A DNA stretch of 48,550 bases from Christensenellales bacterium (GTDB taxonomy: Bacteria; Bacillota; Clostridia; Christensenellales; UBA1242): assembly GCA_050943075.1 (NCBI GenBank), contig JBMNOM010000001.1, positions 1-48,550 of the forward strand. The letters run 5' to 3'. The notes below the pieces were generated by a model, which had not been told where the DNA came from, searched no databases, and worked only from the letters and a program-made list of their open reading frames with translations. The translations under genes and the position numbers were made by a program. This document shows positions 16,313 through 29,300 of the stretch, one piece after another (positions within the stretch are counted from its first letter, which is position 1; each line of letters opens with the position of its first letter).

Positions 16313-19300
16313 TTATTCATTATCAAAATCTACAAAATCATCAAACATTCCACTGGAATCAAACACTGGCAAGTCGTCGTCTTCAAACAATCCAGCATTT
16401 TCTTCGTCGCGTTTGTTTTCTTCAATTTCACTTTCAAGTGCTTTGTTTGAAGCTGGTGTGATGTCAAAGTCAAGTGTGATGTCTTTGAGTTCTTCTTCAA
16501 CTTCTCTTGAGAGAGAGATGTCTTGTTCGTCGTATGATAATTCTTGAATTGAAATTTCTTGTTTATTTTCAGTTAAAATCTTGATGTCAAGTCCAAGAGC
16601 TTGCAATTCTTTGATTAAAACTTTAAATGATTCTGGAATTCCAGGTTCTGCAATTGGTTGTCCTTTAACAATTGCTTCAAATGTTTTAACTCTACCAACA
16701 ACGTCGTCGGATTTAACTGTTAAAATTTCTTGCAATATGCTGGAAGCGCCATAAGCTTCAAGAGCCCAAACTTCCATTTCACCAAATCTTTGTCCACCAA
16801 ACATAGCTTTACCGCCAAGTGGTTGTTGTGTGACAAGTGAGTAAGGTCCAATGCTTCTTGCGTGCATCTTAGAGTCAACCATGTGGTCAAGTTTAAGCAT
16901 ATACTTATAACCAACTGTTGCTGTGTTTGCAAATTTTTCTCCTGTTCTTCCATCGTAAAGCTGAACTTTACCATTTTCCGGGAAATTGTTTTCAACAAGA
17001 AGTTTCTTAATAACGTCAATTTCAGCTCCGTCAAACACAGGAGTTGCAACTTTCCAACCAAGTGAACCAGCCACAAGCCCTAAGTGCACTTCCAACACTT
17101 GTCCCACGTTCATACGTGATGGAATACCAAGTGGGTTAAGCACAATGTCAAGTGGTTGACCATTTGCCATGAATGGCATATCTGCTTCTGGCAACACTCT
17201 GGAAACAACACCTTTATTACCGTGACGTCCAGCCATTTTGTCACCCACAGAAAGTTTTCTTCTTTGAGCAACGTAAACTTTAACCATCATGTTAACGCCT
17301 GGCTCAAGATCGTCTTTGTTTTTCTTTGAGAACACTTGAACATCAACCACAACACCGCCACGGCCGTGTTGAACTCTTAATGATGTATCTCTAACTTCTC
17401 TTGCTTTTTCACCAAAGATTGCTCTTAAAAGTCTTTCTTCTGGTGTTAATTCAGTTTCACCTTTTGGTGTCACTTTACCAACTAAGATATCTCCTGCTCT
17501 AACTTCAGCACCCACTCTAACAATTCCGTTTTCGTCAAGGTTTTTAAGTGCTTCTTCGCCAAGGTTTGGAATATCTCTTGTAATTTCTTCATCGCCAAGT
17601 TTGGTTGCACGACATTTAATTTCTTCAACTCTTAATGTAATTGAAGTGTAAATATCTTCTTTAACAATTCTTTCACTGATAAGAATCGCGTCTTCGTAGT
17701 TGTAGCCTTCCCAGTTCATATAACCGATAAGCACGTTTTTACCAAGAGCAAGTTCACCATTTTCAATGGAGTATCCGTCAACAATAACTTCGCCTTTCTT
17801 AACTCTTTCACCTTTAACTACGCATGGTTTTTGGTTAACGCAAGTGTCTGCGTTTGTTTTTGCAAATTTTGTTAAGTAGTAATAGTCAACTTGACCATTA
17901 TCTGCTTTAACTCTAACTTCTGTGCTGCTTACGTAAGAAACAACACCATCGTTTTTAGCCAAGATAACTGCGCCACCATCATGGGCAATCATGGCTTCCA
18001 TACCTGTTCCAACAATTGGAGCGGATGGTCTTAAAAGAGGAACTGCTTGACGTTGCATGTTCGCACCCATAAGAGCACGAGAAGAGTCGTCGTTTCCAAC
18101 AAATGGAATAAGTGAAGTTGCAGCTGAAATGAATTGTTTTGGAGCAACGTCCATGTGTGTAATTTTTGAAGCTGGAACTTCCATAATTGTGTCTTTGTGA
18201 CGGCAAATAATTCTCTTGTTAACAAATTTGCCTTCTTCGTCAAGTGGTTCTGTGGCTTGGGCAATGTATGCTTCGTCTTCAATGTCTGCCATGTGATATT
18301 CATAAGTGTCAAGCACTCTGCCTGTTGCTTTATCAACTGGACGATATGGTGTTTCAAGGAAACCATATTCGTTAACTTTTGAGTAGTTTGCAAGTGTGCT
18401 TATAAGACCAATGCTTTGACCTTCTGGTGTTTCAATAACGCAAATTCTGCCATAGTGTGTATAGTGAATATCACGCACTTCTGCACTTGCTCGTTCTTTT
18501 TTAACACCGCCTGGACCAACTGCAGAGATTTTTCTCTTTTGAGTTAACCCTGAAAGTGGGTTAATTTGATCCATAAGTTGTGACAACTGGCTGGATACAA
18601 TAAAATCTTTAAGTGCTTTGTTGATTGGGCGTGGGTTTATGATTTGTGCAGGGGTAATTTCTGAAAATTCTTTTCCTTGCAATGTTTCTTTAATGTTTGC
18701 TGCAAGTTTGTTAATACCTGAGCGGAAAGCATTTGAAAGAAGTTCGCCAACTGTGGCAATTCTTCTGTTTGACAAGTGGTCAATGTTGTCAATTTGTCCA
18801 ATGCCTACCAACAAGTCAAGATAATAGCTGATTGTTGCCAAAATATCATCCATTGTAAGTGTTGTGATGATGAGGTTTTTAGCATTGTCTTTAATTGCTT
18901 GCAATCTTGCTTGTTTTGTTTTGTTTTCTTTCAAAATTTGTTGCAATGTTGGGAAGTAAACTTCTTCTGTGATTCCAAGTTCTGCTTCATCAACACCCAA
19001 AACGTTTGCAAGACGAACACGATTATTACCTCTAACCAAGTGTTTTTTGCCATGAATTGAAAGCAAAACTTCGTTAATTCCAGCGTCTTGAATTCTTCTT
19101 GCAACTTCTGCAGAAATCACTTCTCCTTCTTTAACAACAATTTCATCTTCAATTGCAATGTTTTCTGCTGCTTTTTGGCCTTTAATTCTGTTTGCAATGG
19201 AAAGTTTTTTGTTAAGTTTGTATCTACCAACTTTTGCAAGGTTGTAATATTGGTCAGAGAAGAAGAACAAGTTTAAGTAGTTTCTTGTGCTTTCTGCTGA

Positions 19301-20041
19301 TGGAACATCAGTTGGTCTTGTTTTTCTTGCAAATTCAAGCAACGCTTCTTCTTGTGTTGTTTGAGGTTCTCTGTCAAGAACGTTTTTGATGTAATCGTTA
19401 TTTCCGTAAAGTTTTAAAATTTCTTCATTTGTGAAACCAAAACATTTTAAGAAAACGCCAAGTGTGATTTTGCTGCCTCTGTCAAGAACAACTTTCAAAA
19501 CTTCATTTGCAGCCTGTTCAATTTCAATCCACATACCACGTGTTGGAATTAATTGAGAGCGCAATGTTGAATTGTCGTTTTTTTCCCTTGTGAAGTATGC
19601 ACTTGGTGAACGCACGATTTGTGAAACAACAACTCTTTCAATTCCGTTGAACACAAAAGAACCCTCATGTGTCATGAGAGGAATGTCCCCAAGGAAAACA
19701 TCTTGGTCAACAGCTTCGCCTGTTTCTTCAACAACAAACCTTGCTTTAACTTTTAAAGGAATTGAGTAAGAAGCGCCTCTTCTTTTACATTCCTTAATTG
19801 AGTATTTTGGTTTTGTGGTTAAATCTGTTCCCAAAAGATAGAGTTTTGCCTTTCCGCTGTAATCGCTGATTGGTGAAAACTCGTCAAGAACTTTTTGTAT
19901 CCCAGTGTCCAAAAATTCTTGGTAGGCATTTTTTTGGATTTCGAGTAAATCTGGTACAGGTAAAATTTCTTTAAGCTTGCCAAAAGAATATCTTGTGATT
20001 TTGCCAGATTTGATTTTTTTAAAGTATGGACTTTCTTGCAT
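16313..20041 (-). CDS. rpoB: DNA-directed RNA polymerase subunit beta
   Basis: I place the start at ATG 20041, with AAGGAG 8 nt upstream. The ORF-track start at 20119 is a GTG without an SD. 1242 aa with the conserved blocks [15 protein letters not shown] and [15 protein letters not shown], and an acidic C-terminal tail. Only 14 nt separate it from rpoC. Confidence 0.97.
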   Translation of the reverse strand: MQESPYFKKIKSGKITRYSFGKLKEILPVPDLLEIQKNAYQEFLDTGIQKVLDEFSPISDYSGKAKLYLLGTDLTTKPKYSIKECKRRGASYSIPLKVKARFVVEETGEAVDQDVFLGDIPLMTHEGSFVFNGIERVVVSQIVRSPSAYFTREKNDNSTLRSQLIPTRGMWIEIEQAANEVLKVVLDRGSKITLGVFLKCFGFTNEEILKLYGNNDYIKNVLDREPQTTQEEALLEFARKTRPTDVPSAESTRNYLNLFFFSDQYYNLAKVGRYKLNKKLSIANRIKGQKAAENIAIEDEIVVKEGEVISAEVARRIQDAGINEVLLSIHGKKHLVRGNNRVRLANVLGVDEAELGITEEVYFPTLQQILKENKTKQARLQAIKDNAKNLIITTLTMDDILATISYYLDLLVGIGQIDNIDHLSNRRIATVGELLSNAFRSGINKLAANIKETLQGKEFSEITPAQIINPRPINKALKDFIVSSQLSQLMDQINPLSGLTQKRKISAVGPGGVKKERASAEVRDIHYTHYGRICVIETPEGQSIGLISTLANYSKVNEYGFLETPYRPVDKATGRVLDTYEYHMADIEDEAYIAQATEPLDEEGKFVNKRIICRHKDTIMEVPASKITHMDVAPKQFISAATSLIPFVGNDDSSRALMGANMQRQAVPLLRPSAPIVGTGMEAMIAHDGGAVILAKNDGVVSYVSSTEVRVKADNGQVDYYYLTKFAKTNADTCVNQKPCVVKGERVKKGEVIVDGYSIENGELALGKNVLIGYMNWEGYNYEDAILISERIVKEDIYTSITLRVEEIKCRATKLGDEEITRDIPNLGEEALKNLDENGIVRVGAEVRAGDILVGKVTPKGETELTPEERLLRAIFGEKAREVRDTSLRVQHGRGGVVVDVQVFSKKNKDDLEPGVNMMVKVYVAQRRKLSVGDKMAGRHGNKGVVSRVLPEADMPFMANGQPLDIVLNPLGIPSRMNVGQVLEVHLGLVAGSLGWKVATPVFDGAEIDVIKKLLVENNFPENGKVQLYDGRTGEKFANTATVGYKYMLKLDHMVDSKMHARSIGPYSLVTQQPLGGKAMFGGQRFGEMEVWALEAYGASSILQEILTVKSDDVVGRVKTFEAIVKGQPIAEPGIPESFKVLIKELQALGLDIKILTENKQEISIQELSYDEQDISLSREVEEELKDITLDFDITPASNKALESEIEENKRDEENAGLFEDDDLPVFDSSGMFDDFVDFDNE

Positions 20042-20193
20042 TCTGAACGCACTCCTTAAATAAAATGTCTGTCTTTGCGAATGATAATAAAAACAAAAAA
20101 ACGACAAAGCAACCTTCACTTCGCCCTTTATCTAAAAATATTTAATTTGTTAGTTGTTTTGAAATTACCACTTTTCGCACTTATAACTAATTA

Positions 20194-20222
20194 AGTTTAA
20201 CACCAAAGACTTTCATTGTCAA
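20194..20222 (-). promoter_or_regulatory. Putative rpoBC promoter TTGACA-17-TAAACT
   Basis: On the minus strand, TTGACA (20222-20217), 17-nt spacer, TAAACT (20199-20194). This lies about 150 nt upstream of the rpoB ATG. Confidence 0.5.
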
Positions 20223-20228
20223 TGCTTT

Positions 20229-20272
20229 TAATTAAATTTTATATAAAAAATAATTAAATTTTATATAAAAAA
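20229..20272. repeat. Perfect 22-bp tandem duplication (taattaaattttatataaaaaa x2)
   Basis: 20229-20250 is identical to 20251-20272. It sits immediately upstream of the putative rpoB -35, in an UP-element-like position. Confidence 0.9.
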
Positions 20273-20353
20273 ATAACTAAACTAAATAATTAACATCTTA
20301 TTCCAATTATAAACAAATCATTACAAAAAATTAATATTATTTTGTTTTTCGAC

Positions 20354-20387
20354 AAAAAAAATAGGCTTTTTAAAACCTATTTTTTTG
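20354..20387 (-). terminator. Weak candidate terminator after the 3,357-aa gene
   Basis: Stem atagg/cctat (20361-20365 with 20376-20380) plus 3 A:T pairs with a bulge, flanked by A8 and T7. This is the only hairpin between the giant genes and rpoB. Confidence 0.4.
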
Positions 20388-20394
20388 TCTTTAT

Positions 20395-23300
20395 TTATAC
20401 TGTTGCTTGAGTGCCAACTTGATTGTATCTGTTTTCCCAGAAAGTTTGTGCCATGCTTTCAAAAACACCAGTTGAAGAATTAAATATTCTTAAAAGAATG
20501 TAGTCTTTACCGTCTTGTGCCACGCTTTCTGCGTTGTAAACAACTTGGTTTGCCTTATAAGTTGGAACAAAACCAGTTGGTTGGTCAACTGAACCTTTGT
20601 TCATATATCCAACAATGTGCCCCCAACTTATATAATGTGTTGGTCCTTCGCCAATTTGTTGAAGAATGCGCAAGTAAAGCACAATTCTTCCAGTGAAACC
20701 TGAATTTGAATCAAATGAAAGTGTTAAGCTGTCGGCAACATCGGAATCGTTAAACACAAAACCAACAAGTCCGCCTGCGTAAAGCTCGTCAAATGCCACA
20801 TTGTATGTGTCGTATTTAACTCTAACTTCACTTTCAGATTTTGAACCTATAATTCTAACATTTAATGCAACACCATCTTTTGCTTTGCTGATTAAACCAA
20901 CAAGCCCACCAATGAATGCTGTGCCTTTGTTATCAATGTTTTCAAGCCCAATTGTGCCGCCTTTTGAAATTGAGTTTACAATTATGTTTGCGTCTGCAAA
21001 ACCATTTGAAACCAAAGTTGCTTCATTAAGTTTAATTGGAGCGGTTGCTTTTTGAGTTATTGCACCAACAAGCCCACCAACAATTATTTTACCTTTAACA
21101 CTACCGTTAAATGTGACACTTTCAAGTTTTCCACCAATCATTTCAGCCACAACACCGCCAACGCGGTTAACTGTTGGGGCTTCAAATCTGATGTTGATTA
21201 CAACATTTTTAAGCAAGCCACCTGCAGCAAGTTCGCTGTTTTGCAAGTTGCCTTTGCTTCCCATTAAGCCAACCACACCGCCAACCCCATAAGGATTGTA
21301 AGGTGAAGTTCTGAACAAGGTTGTGTGTGCGTTTTGTGAATTTGAATTCACATAAACATCTGTCATTTGTCCATAAAACTCGGCTGCAACAAGTGCTGAA
21401 TATGTTGCACCTTGAACAAATTGTCCAGTTTCAACTTCAAGGCGAACATTGTTAATTTTAACGCCGTTGCCAACGCCACCAAACACAAGTGATGCCCATT
21501 CTGCCATTGCAACAATTTGCCCGTTTGATGTCACACTTGAAATTGTTCCTGTGCCACCTGCAACCGCCACAACTGGGGCTGCGTAAGAAAGTTTTGAAAG
21601 AAGTGTTGTTTGATGATTTCTAAACAAGAAGTAGCTTCCAATTCCATCTGTTAAAATTTCGTTTGGATTAAGTGTTTTGTTGCTTCTGAAAATTGCATTA
21701 ACAGAAACACTTGATTTAACTGTGTGAATTACATAGTTTGCAGTTGCTCTTCCAATTATTCCACCAACAATGTTTTTTCCAATTATGACATTTGTGTTGT
21801 CACTTGATGATGCGTTTTCAACTTTAATGTTGAATATCACACCTGCGTCAAGTGTTCCTGCAAGCCCACCAACAACATTGACGTTTGGCAAGTTAATTGA
21901 AAGTGGTTTTACGCTTAAGTTTTTAACAGAACCTTGTGAAGATGAACCATTGCCAATTTTTGCAAACAATCCACCTGAGGCAAATGTTGCCGCGCTGTCC
22001 ACAACAAACCCAGAAATAATCATTCCATTTCCTTCAATATCACCAACTAAAATTGTGTTGTAAAGACGTGAAACTGGATTTACACTGTCATAATTAATGT
22101 CGGAAACAATTCTGTAATATTTTGTGTTAAAGCTTCCGCTGTTTGAAGAAAGAATTCTAAATTCAAGTTCTTGTGCAGAAATTATTAGTGTTGGATTGTG
22201 CAAACTGCCTTGTGCGTGTTCGCCCACATTTGTGTAGTAATATGTTATTTCACCTGTTTCTTTGTTTTCAACAGTTCTGTCCATATCAATTTCCATCTTG
22301 CTTTCTGCAATTAAGTTTGGACTAACAAGTTCTGGTTTGCCCAAAATGAACACTTTTGAATTGTTGTTGAATTGGCTTTCTTGTGTCATAGTTGGTCTAA
22401 ACCAAACACCATGAGAAACCGCTGTTGAGTTTGTGAAATTATAGTTTTTAAAGAATGATGAGTTTGAATCTGTGAATTCTTGAATTGTTAATGGTTTTAA
22501 GAATTCTGGGTTAACCATTGAGTTTGTGGTGTTAATTGAAGCGTTTATATTTGCTGTTATATCACGCAAATAGAAGCTGTCTTTAATTATTCCCATTGAG
22601 GTGATGTCGTCGATGTAAACAAAACCAAAACTTGTTTCAACTGCATTGTTTTTAAGCATTGATGTTGAATATGCCCTAACAACTTCACCTTTGTTATAGA
22701 ACACAAAACCTGCCGCTTTTGAAGATGTTTGAAGTGGAATATTGGAGTAAGAATCTTGCACCAAACCATTGTTTTCAAACACAAAGCCCGCCGCCTCGGT
22801 TGATGATAAAATGACTTTTGATGTGTCGTTTGCATAAATTGGCAACATGAAAAGCCCTGTGTGTTTCCCAGAAACATAAGACATTATAATTTGTCCGCCA
22901 CTTTCTGAATATTGCCCATTGTAAACAACAAATCCTGCTGTTTTGTTTTGCGATTCATTAACACTTGCTGTGTTTATAATTAATGATTCTGCAACATAAC
23001 TGCTTGAAATTTTGCCAATGTTATATCCAACAAAACCGCTTAAGTTTGCAGCAGCAGAAATTGTCATTTTAACACGTGAGTTTGTTATATACCCTTGGTT
23101 AAAGCCCACCAAACCTGCAACATAATTTGAAACAACTTGGTTTTGGCTGAAGAGAACTTTAACAGATGTATTTCCCGCTGTGACAACTTCAACATTTGAA
23201 ACAATGCCTCTGTTAATTCCCGCAAGAAGTCCAAAGTAAATTGTTTTTGCACTCTCTGCTTGTGTTAATGTGACAATTGCAGATTGCACAACTTCAATTT

Positions 23301-26300
23301 TTAAGTTTCTTAGTAAAGTTTTTTCTGGAATGCTTGCAAATATGCCCATATATTGAGAATCTGCATTAAATGAAAGATTACTTGCCAAAACAAATTTATA
23401 ACTATTACCATCAAGCCCTGCAATTGCAGTTGTGATTGGTGTGTGGTCGTGTGGAATAATTATGTCATTTGTTAAAATGTAGTAAGAATTTGGATTCATG
23501 GCAATAAGTTCTTCATAACTTGCAACTGGTGTTGGAGTGTCCATTGAACTTATTTGATAAATATTCATCACAAATTCCACTTGTGTGATGTTTTGTGTTG
23601 TGGAATATTCTGCCTTGCCTTGTTTGTAATCATAACCATATTCAAAACCAAATTTATACATTGGGTTTTTGTCAGAAACAATTTTGTAAGGTGTGAAAAC
23701 CAAATTGCCCCTTGACTTCACAATTGTGAAATAACCATTTGTGTCATTTAATGAAACAAGTGTTGTGCCATTTGGAATTGAAGTATTGTTGTTAATTGTT
23801 CGCCAGTTAGCACTGTCTTCCAAGAACTCATAACCACCATCACCAGTTGGGGTTGCCATTTGATAGCGCCAAATGCCGCTGTTTGCCAAGTTGTTTTCAA
23901 ATGCTTTAACGCCTTCAACAACAGTTAAAATTGAAGAGTTGTATTCAGCAGTTAAGCCATTTAAAAACTCTGTTTTAAATGTGTATGTGTCGCCAATTGG
24001 AACACTGACAATTCCATTTGAGCCATCCTTAATAATGGAATATTCGTTGTTTTTAAGCACAATAAAGTCAACAATCACAAAGTTAATTGTGTGTATTTCA
24101 CTTCTTAATGCTTGTCCATTAATAATTTTTTGCCCATAAACACTAATTGTTCCTGCAATATTGTTTTCAGGATATGTGCTTATTACTTGGCTTACAGAAA
24201 TTGTTCTGTTTGCTTTTGAAATTGCTAAATATTCAGCATTTGTTGTAGTTAAGAAAATTTCGCTTTCAAGATATCCATTAGATTGAATTGTGAAGGAATA
24301 ATTTTTTCCTCTTGCAAGATAGAAGTTTTCATTTTGATCTTTATAATTATTATTTATATTAATAGTCACATCTTTTTTAAATTTAACATTAACAGTTTTA
24401 ACTGTTTCAAATGCAATTTGGTTGCCTTTGTAAGCCTTGAAAGCAAAGTTGACAGTTTGTCCATTTGTTGCTCCTGCTTGGCTTAAAGCATATTTTATGT
24501 AGATGTCACTTGTGATTAAACTTTTGTCAACTCTTAAACCTTTGTCTAAAAGAACTGCACCTCTAACTGTGTTTCCGCTTTGGTCAATTAAGGAAATGAT
24601 TGCACTTAAATTGTCGTTTAAGAGAACAACATCCAAGTAATCAAATTGTGAAAACACTGGGTAAACTTGCACTTTGAAGTGGTTTGGATTTGTTGCTTGT
24701 GGGTCAACAAAATTGTTTTCTTCTTTTCCAGCTTCAATGTCTTGAGAAGTTGAACCTTCAAAAGATTGCACAATTATGTTTGCAATTTGCTGTGTTAAAA
24801 TTTGCACTTCAATGTTCAAACTTATTTGTGCTTTTTCATCTTGATATCTAAAATTGTAATTTGCAATGCTTGCAGAGTCTTCTTTAATTGTTAAACTTGC
24901 ATTAAATCTTTGTGCTATGTAATTCAATTTAATAAAACTTGTTAAATCATAATTTTCATCTTTAACATCATACTCACTGCTGTTTTCATTTTTTAAGAAA
25001 AGTTCGAATGAATATGTCACATCAATTCTTTCGTCAAGAGTGAAAACTGTGTTTGTGTCAAGATTTAAGCTTTGGCTAAATGCCCCATTTTCAAACCTTA
25101 ACATTTTTGTGATGGGATTAATTTCAATTATAATTTGTTTTGTTTGGGTGTTTTGCCCAACGTGTTTTGTAATTTCAATGGCAATTTTCTTATTTTCCAA
25201 GTTTTCTTCTTGGTTTTTAAAGAAATTTTCTGGTAAGAAGTTTGCAACTGAAATGTTATAAATTTTATTTATGTTTGTAATTGTGAAATAATTTCCTGCA
25301 ACCATGTCTGAATTAATCACTTTAAATTGTGTTAAATTCAAATTGTCAGAAAAATCATCTGTTGTTAATTTAACTTCATAGTCAAAGTTATCAATTGGCT
25401 CGGCTTTAACGCTTGAAATGTTGCTTTCAATTTTGCTTGCGCCAATTAAATGCATAACAGGAATATTAACAGAAGTGTCCACTTCTTCATTTTTTAAGAA
25501 TGTAGATGAATAAACATTTCCGTCAGAATAAACAACTTCAAGTTTTGCTTTAATTTCAATTGTTGTTCGTCCAGTTGAATTAATTGCTCTTAATTGATAA
25601 GTTGCATTATTTTTCTCAAACAAAACAGTTTGAATTGCGTCATAACTGTAATCTGTTGCGTAAAGCGTGAAGTCGTTTGAATTAACAAGTGGAATATCAT
25701 ATCCACCAAAATCATTGGCATCCAAAGTTTCATAAAACACAGATGTTAGAACAACATTGTTCAAAGTGTTAATGTTAATTAAACTGCCTGCCGCACCAAC
25801 ATTAATGCTGTCTGCAATAATAAGTTCTTTTGAGCCATCTTTATAAAGTGCAAAGTTGCTTGCAGCGTTTGCAATGTAAATTACAACATCTTTGTAAATC
25901 CTTTGGTTTAGCATACTTGTAATTCTAATTTGTGCAAAGCCTGTTTGCATAATTCTTAATTGACTGCTGCTTAAAACTGTGATTGTGTTTGGGTTAAATG
26001 AATAAATTGACACTTCGCCTTCTGTGACAAATGGCAATGAGTATGTATTAATTGTGTTAAGCAAAGCTTGGTCTTGTTTGTTAAGCGCTTCATAATAGTA
26101 TAAATACGCCATTGAAACGCTTCCTTCTTCACTTGCAAGAACATTTTCCTCAAGTGGTGTTGCACTTAATGTTGCAAGCGCTTCTTCAAACACTTGCCCA
26201 ATTTCTCCAATCAACATATCGCCATAATAGTTTGTTAAACTTGGAGAAATGTTAAAGTCAACAAATCTGCGTTTGCCTGTTGGCAAAGGTTGTCCATCTG

Positions 26301-29300
26301 GAACGCTAACACCAACATAAGTTTGTGCAAGGAAGTGTTTTTGCGCTGCAAGAGTGTCGTTAATTTCAATTCCTTTTTGCGCTGTTGCATCAAACCCAAA
26401 AACGTTAACATTGTTTTCATCTGCTGCAACTGCACCAAAACTACCTGAATAAAGTTGTGAGGCATCTTTTCCAAGTGATGTGCCATCTTCAATTGCTTGA
26501 AGTGCAAGATATTCTGTTGTTGAGCCATTGTTTATGCCAAATAATCCACCAAAGTAAGCAGTTGTTTCACCTCTATTTCTTCCATGAACTTTAACTCTGG
26601 ACACAATTAATTTTAAGAATTGTGTTCCAATGTTTTGTCCAACAAGACCACCAACAACGTTGTATGCTTGTGCAAATTCAATTTTGCCGCCAACTTTAAG
26701 CAAGTTGTCAAATTTTTTGTTTGAAAACTCTGCTTGTAAGTCGCCAATGTTTAAAGCATTTTGTGTGTGAATTTGCCCAGCATTTTGCCCAGCAAGAGCG
26801 CCAATATAGAAGTTAAAGGCAGATTCAGAACCGCTTTCGCCCGCTGGTTTCAAGGTCATTTCTGCATAAGCAAAGTAAATGTCTTTGCCGTATAGTTTGT
26901 AATTTGAAATGTAATTTCTTCTAACAATTTCGCCAGCTGTTGTGTTGTGACCTGTTATGCCACCAAAATAACTTTGTGCTGAAAGTGATGCTGTTGAGAA
27001 GTAATTATACATTGTAAATTTGCCAAGCATTGTTAGTGCTGAAACGTTTTGGTTGTAAAAACTTTGTTGAATTCCAGTTTGGTTTTCATATTTATAGCCA
27101 ACTTCATTAACAATTTTACCGCTGTTTTCACCAGCAACACCACCAACATAAATTGGCACTTGTTTTTTAATGTGAACTTGGCTTTCGCTCAATTTGACAG
27201 AAACATTTTTAATAACTGCTTCCGCCCCAATTCTTGCACTAAGCAAACCAATGTAAACTGAATTTACATCAAGGTCATCTTTAACTTGAACGTTAATTTG
27301 TCCCCAAATTGCCAAGTTTTCAATAACACCTGTGCCTGGTTTTGCTTGGTTTTGTGAATCTCTTTGAGGCTCAATACTTGCAAAAAGCCCTGCATACGCT
27401 TTGGAATCTGCAGTTGTGAAATTTGTCACAGAAATCCCTGTAATTGCTGCACCCAAACCACCTCTAATGCTTCCTGTAAACACGCCAAGATTAACAAATT
27501 GAACACCAGAAAAGTCAATTACTGTTCTAATTTCATAGTGTTTATCAAGCCCTAAAATTGAAATGTTTTTAAATTGCTCTGCTGTTGAAATTATAAAAGG
27601 ATTATTAATTCCACCAGTTCCAATTCTTATGTCAATTTGCAAACTTGCGCCAGGCATTGTGGATGCAATTGTTATTGCTGCTTTTGCAACAATAATTAAT
27701 TTTCCTGTTTGTCTAATGTTTTCATTAATATAAGCGCCATTTTCGTTGTATCTAACTCTTGCTCCACCATTTGGCAAAGTTTCAAGTTTAACAAGTTCAC
27801 CTGAAACACCTGTATCTGCCAAAAATTGATATTGCAATTCTTGGTGCACTGCTGTGTCTGGCAAAACATAAGGCATCAAGTCAAATGTTGGGTTTGCTGG
27901 GTCAAGATAAATTAAATTAACCGGAGCTGAAAGCCTAACATTTTTTGGTGCTTCATATCTAACAGGATTAATTTGGAAATATGCGGAATAAATTCTGTCG
28001 TTGTAATTAACTGTGAAGTTAATTCTAAACGATGAATAAATGTCGTTTGTTAAATTGAGTGTAAACTCACCTGTTTCAATGTTGTAAGTTCCGCGTTCTT
28101 TTAAAACAAGCAATTTGTTGTTGTTTGGGTCAACGCTTATGTCCACAGTTGAAGTAAAGTTTTCTGCTTTAAGTTCAATTTTGGATTGCAAACTGATTGG
28201 TTGAGTTTGCAAAACAAGATTAGCCCTTGACAAGTTTTTATAGTAATAACCAAGTTCATTATCACTGTATAAATCAACACTTGTTTGATTAAACATAATT
28301 CTTTCAAGTGGAATGTATGCGTTAACTGCAAGATTTCTTTCAAAAACATAGTTTTCGTAATCTGCGTCTGTTTCCTCAACTTCTTTTAACGAAAAGTTTT
28401 CAACTTTTTTCATTTTAAAAATAAGTGTGAAAACTTGTCGGTCAAAGCCGTTTTCATCTGTTCTGATTGAAAGCATTTTTGTGCTTTCTGAAAACTCCAC
28501 AAGTGAAGTTGTTGAATTTGTTGGCAAAACACTAAGTGTGTAAAGCAAAGTGTTCTTTAAGTTAAAATTGCCAGGTGTGATTTTGAAAATTAATTGTAAA
28601 TTTGCCTTGTATTGAAGTGTTGGATTTGTTAAAGCATCTCTAACCAATTCAACCCCAATTTTTTCAAGACCATTATTTGGGTTGTATGTGCGTTTTGAAG
28701 TTGTTGAAGATTTTAATGGGTCAAAATCAAGTTCAACCGAAGTCACACTGTCCACAACATCAACTGTGAAATCACGCGAAACATTGCCAACGCGAATATT
28801 CCATCTTCCGCTTCCAACAGAAAGTGGAGTAATTTTTAAAACAATATATTTTTTGCCATTGTAAATTTCTTCTGTGCTTTCAACTTCAACACGTGCAAAA
28901 AGTGAGGCATCTTGCGTTTTTGCCCCAATTTGCACATTGCCTGTGTAGGCATCAATGCTGTTAACATAAAATCCGCGGAAAAGTTTTTGTCCTTGTGTTT
29001 TTTCCAAGAACAATCTGCCATCTCTCCATTCTTCATCAATAGATAATGATTCTGCACCTTTTTTAACAACAAAGTTAAGTTGATATGTTTTAAAACTTGT
29101 GTTTTCATCAAGTTCTAATTCACTTCCATAAAACATTTTTAAATTTAAACTAATTATAAACTCATTTGTTGATGCAACGCCGCGTGCAACAATTGGTTTT
29201 GTTATGTCTGTGATTGTTTCTGGAAGTGGTTTTTTGTCGTATGTAAACTCAATGTAGTCTTTAACTTCACCACTTAAACCACTTGATTTATTGTAAGAAA

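Noticed and set aside
16313-16600. Long acidic C-terminal tail of RpoB (..[35 protein letters not shown]) as a possible novelty
   Set aside because: From memory, acidic C-terminal tails of comparable length occur in RpoB of Bacillus and other Bacillota, so this is probably lineage-typical rather than unusual.
20042-20119. 26-codon N-terminal extension of rpoB in the ORF track (GTG at 20119)
   Set aside because: There is no SD before the GTG, and the peptide ([15 protein letters not shown]..) is hydrophobic and unlike RpoB. ATG 20041 has AAGGAG at ideal spacing and gives a normal RpoB N-terminus.
20229-20272. CRISPR array, DGR template/variable repeat pair, or mobile element anywhere in the window
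   Set aside because: The only direct repeats seen are two-copy tandem duplications (13, 22 and 33 nt) and coding repeats, with no repeat-spacer periodicity. There is no cas, reverse-transcriptase, transposase or integrase-like ORF. I did not see the tRNA-Thr 3' end duplicated nearby. An exhaustive repeat search could not be run by eye.
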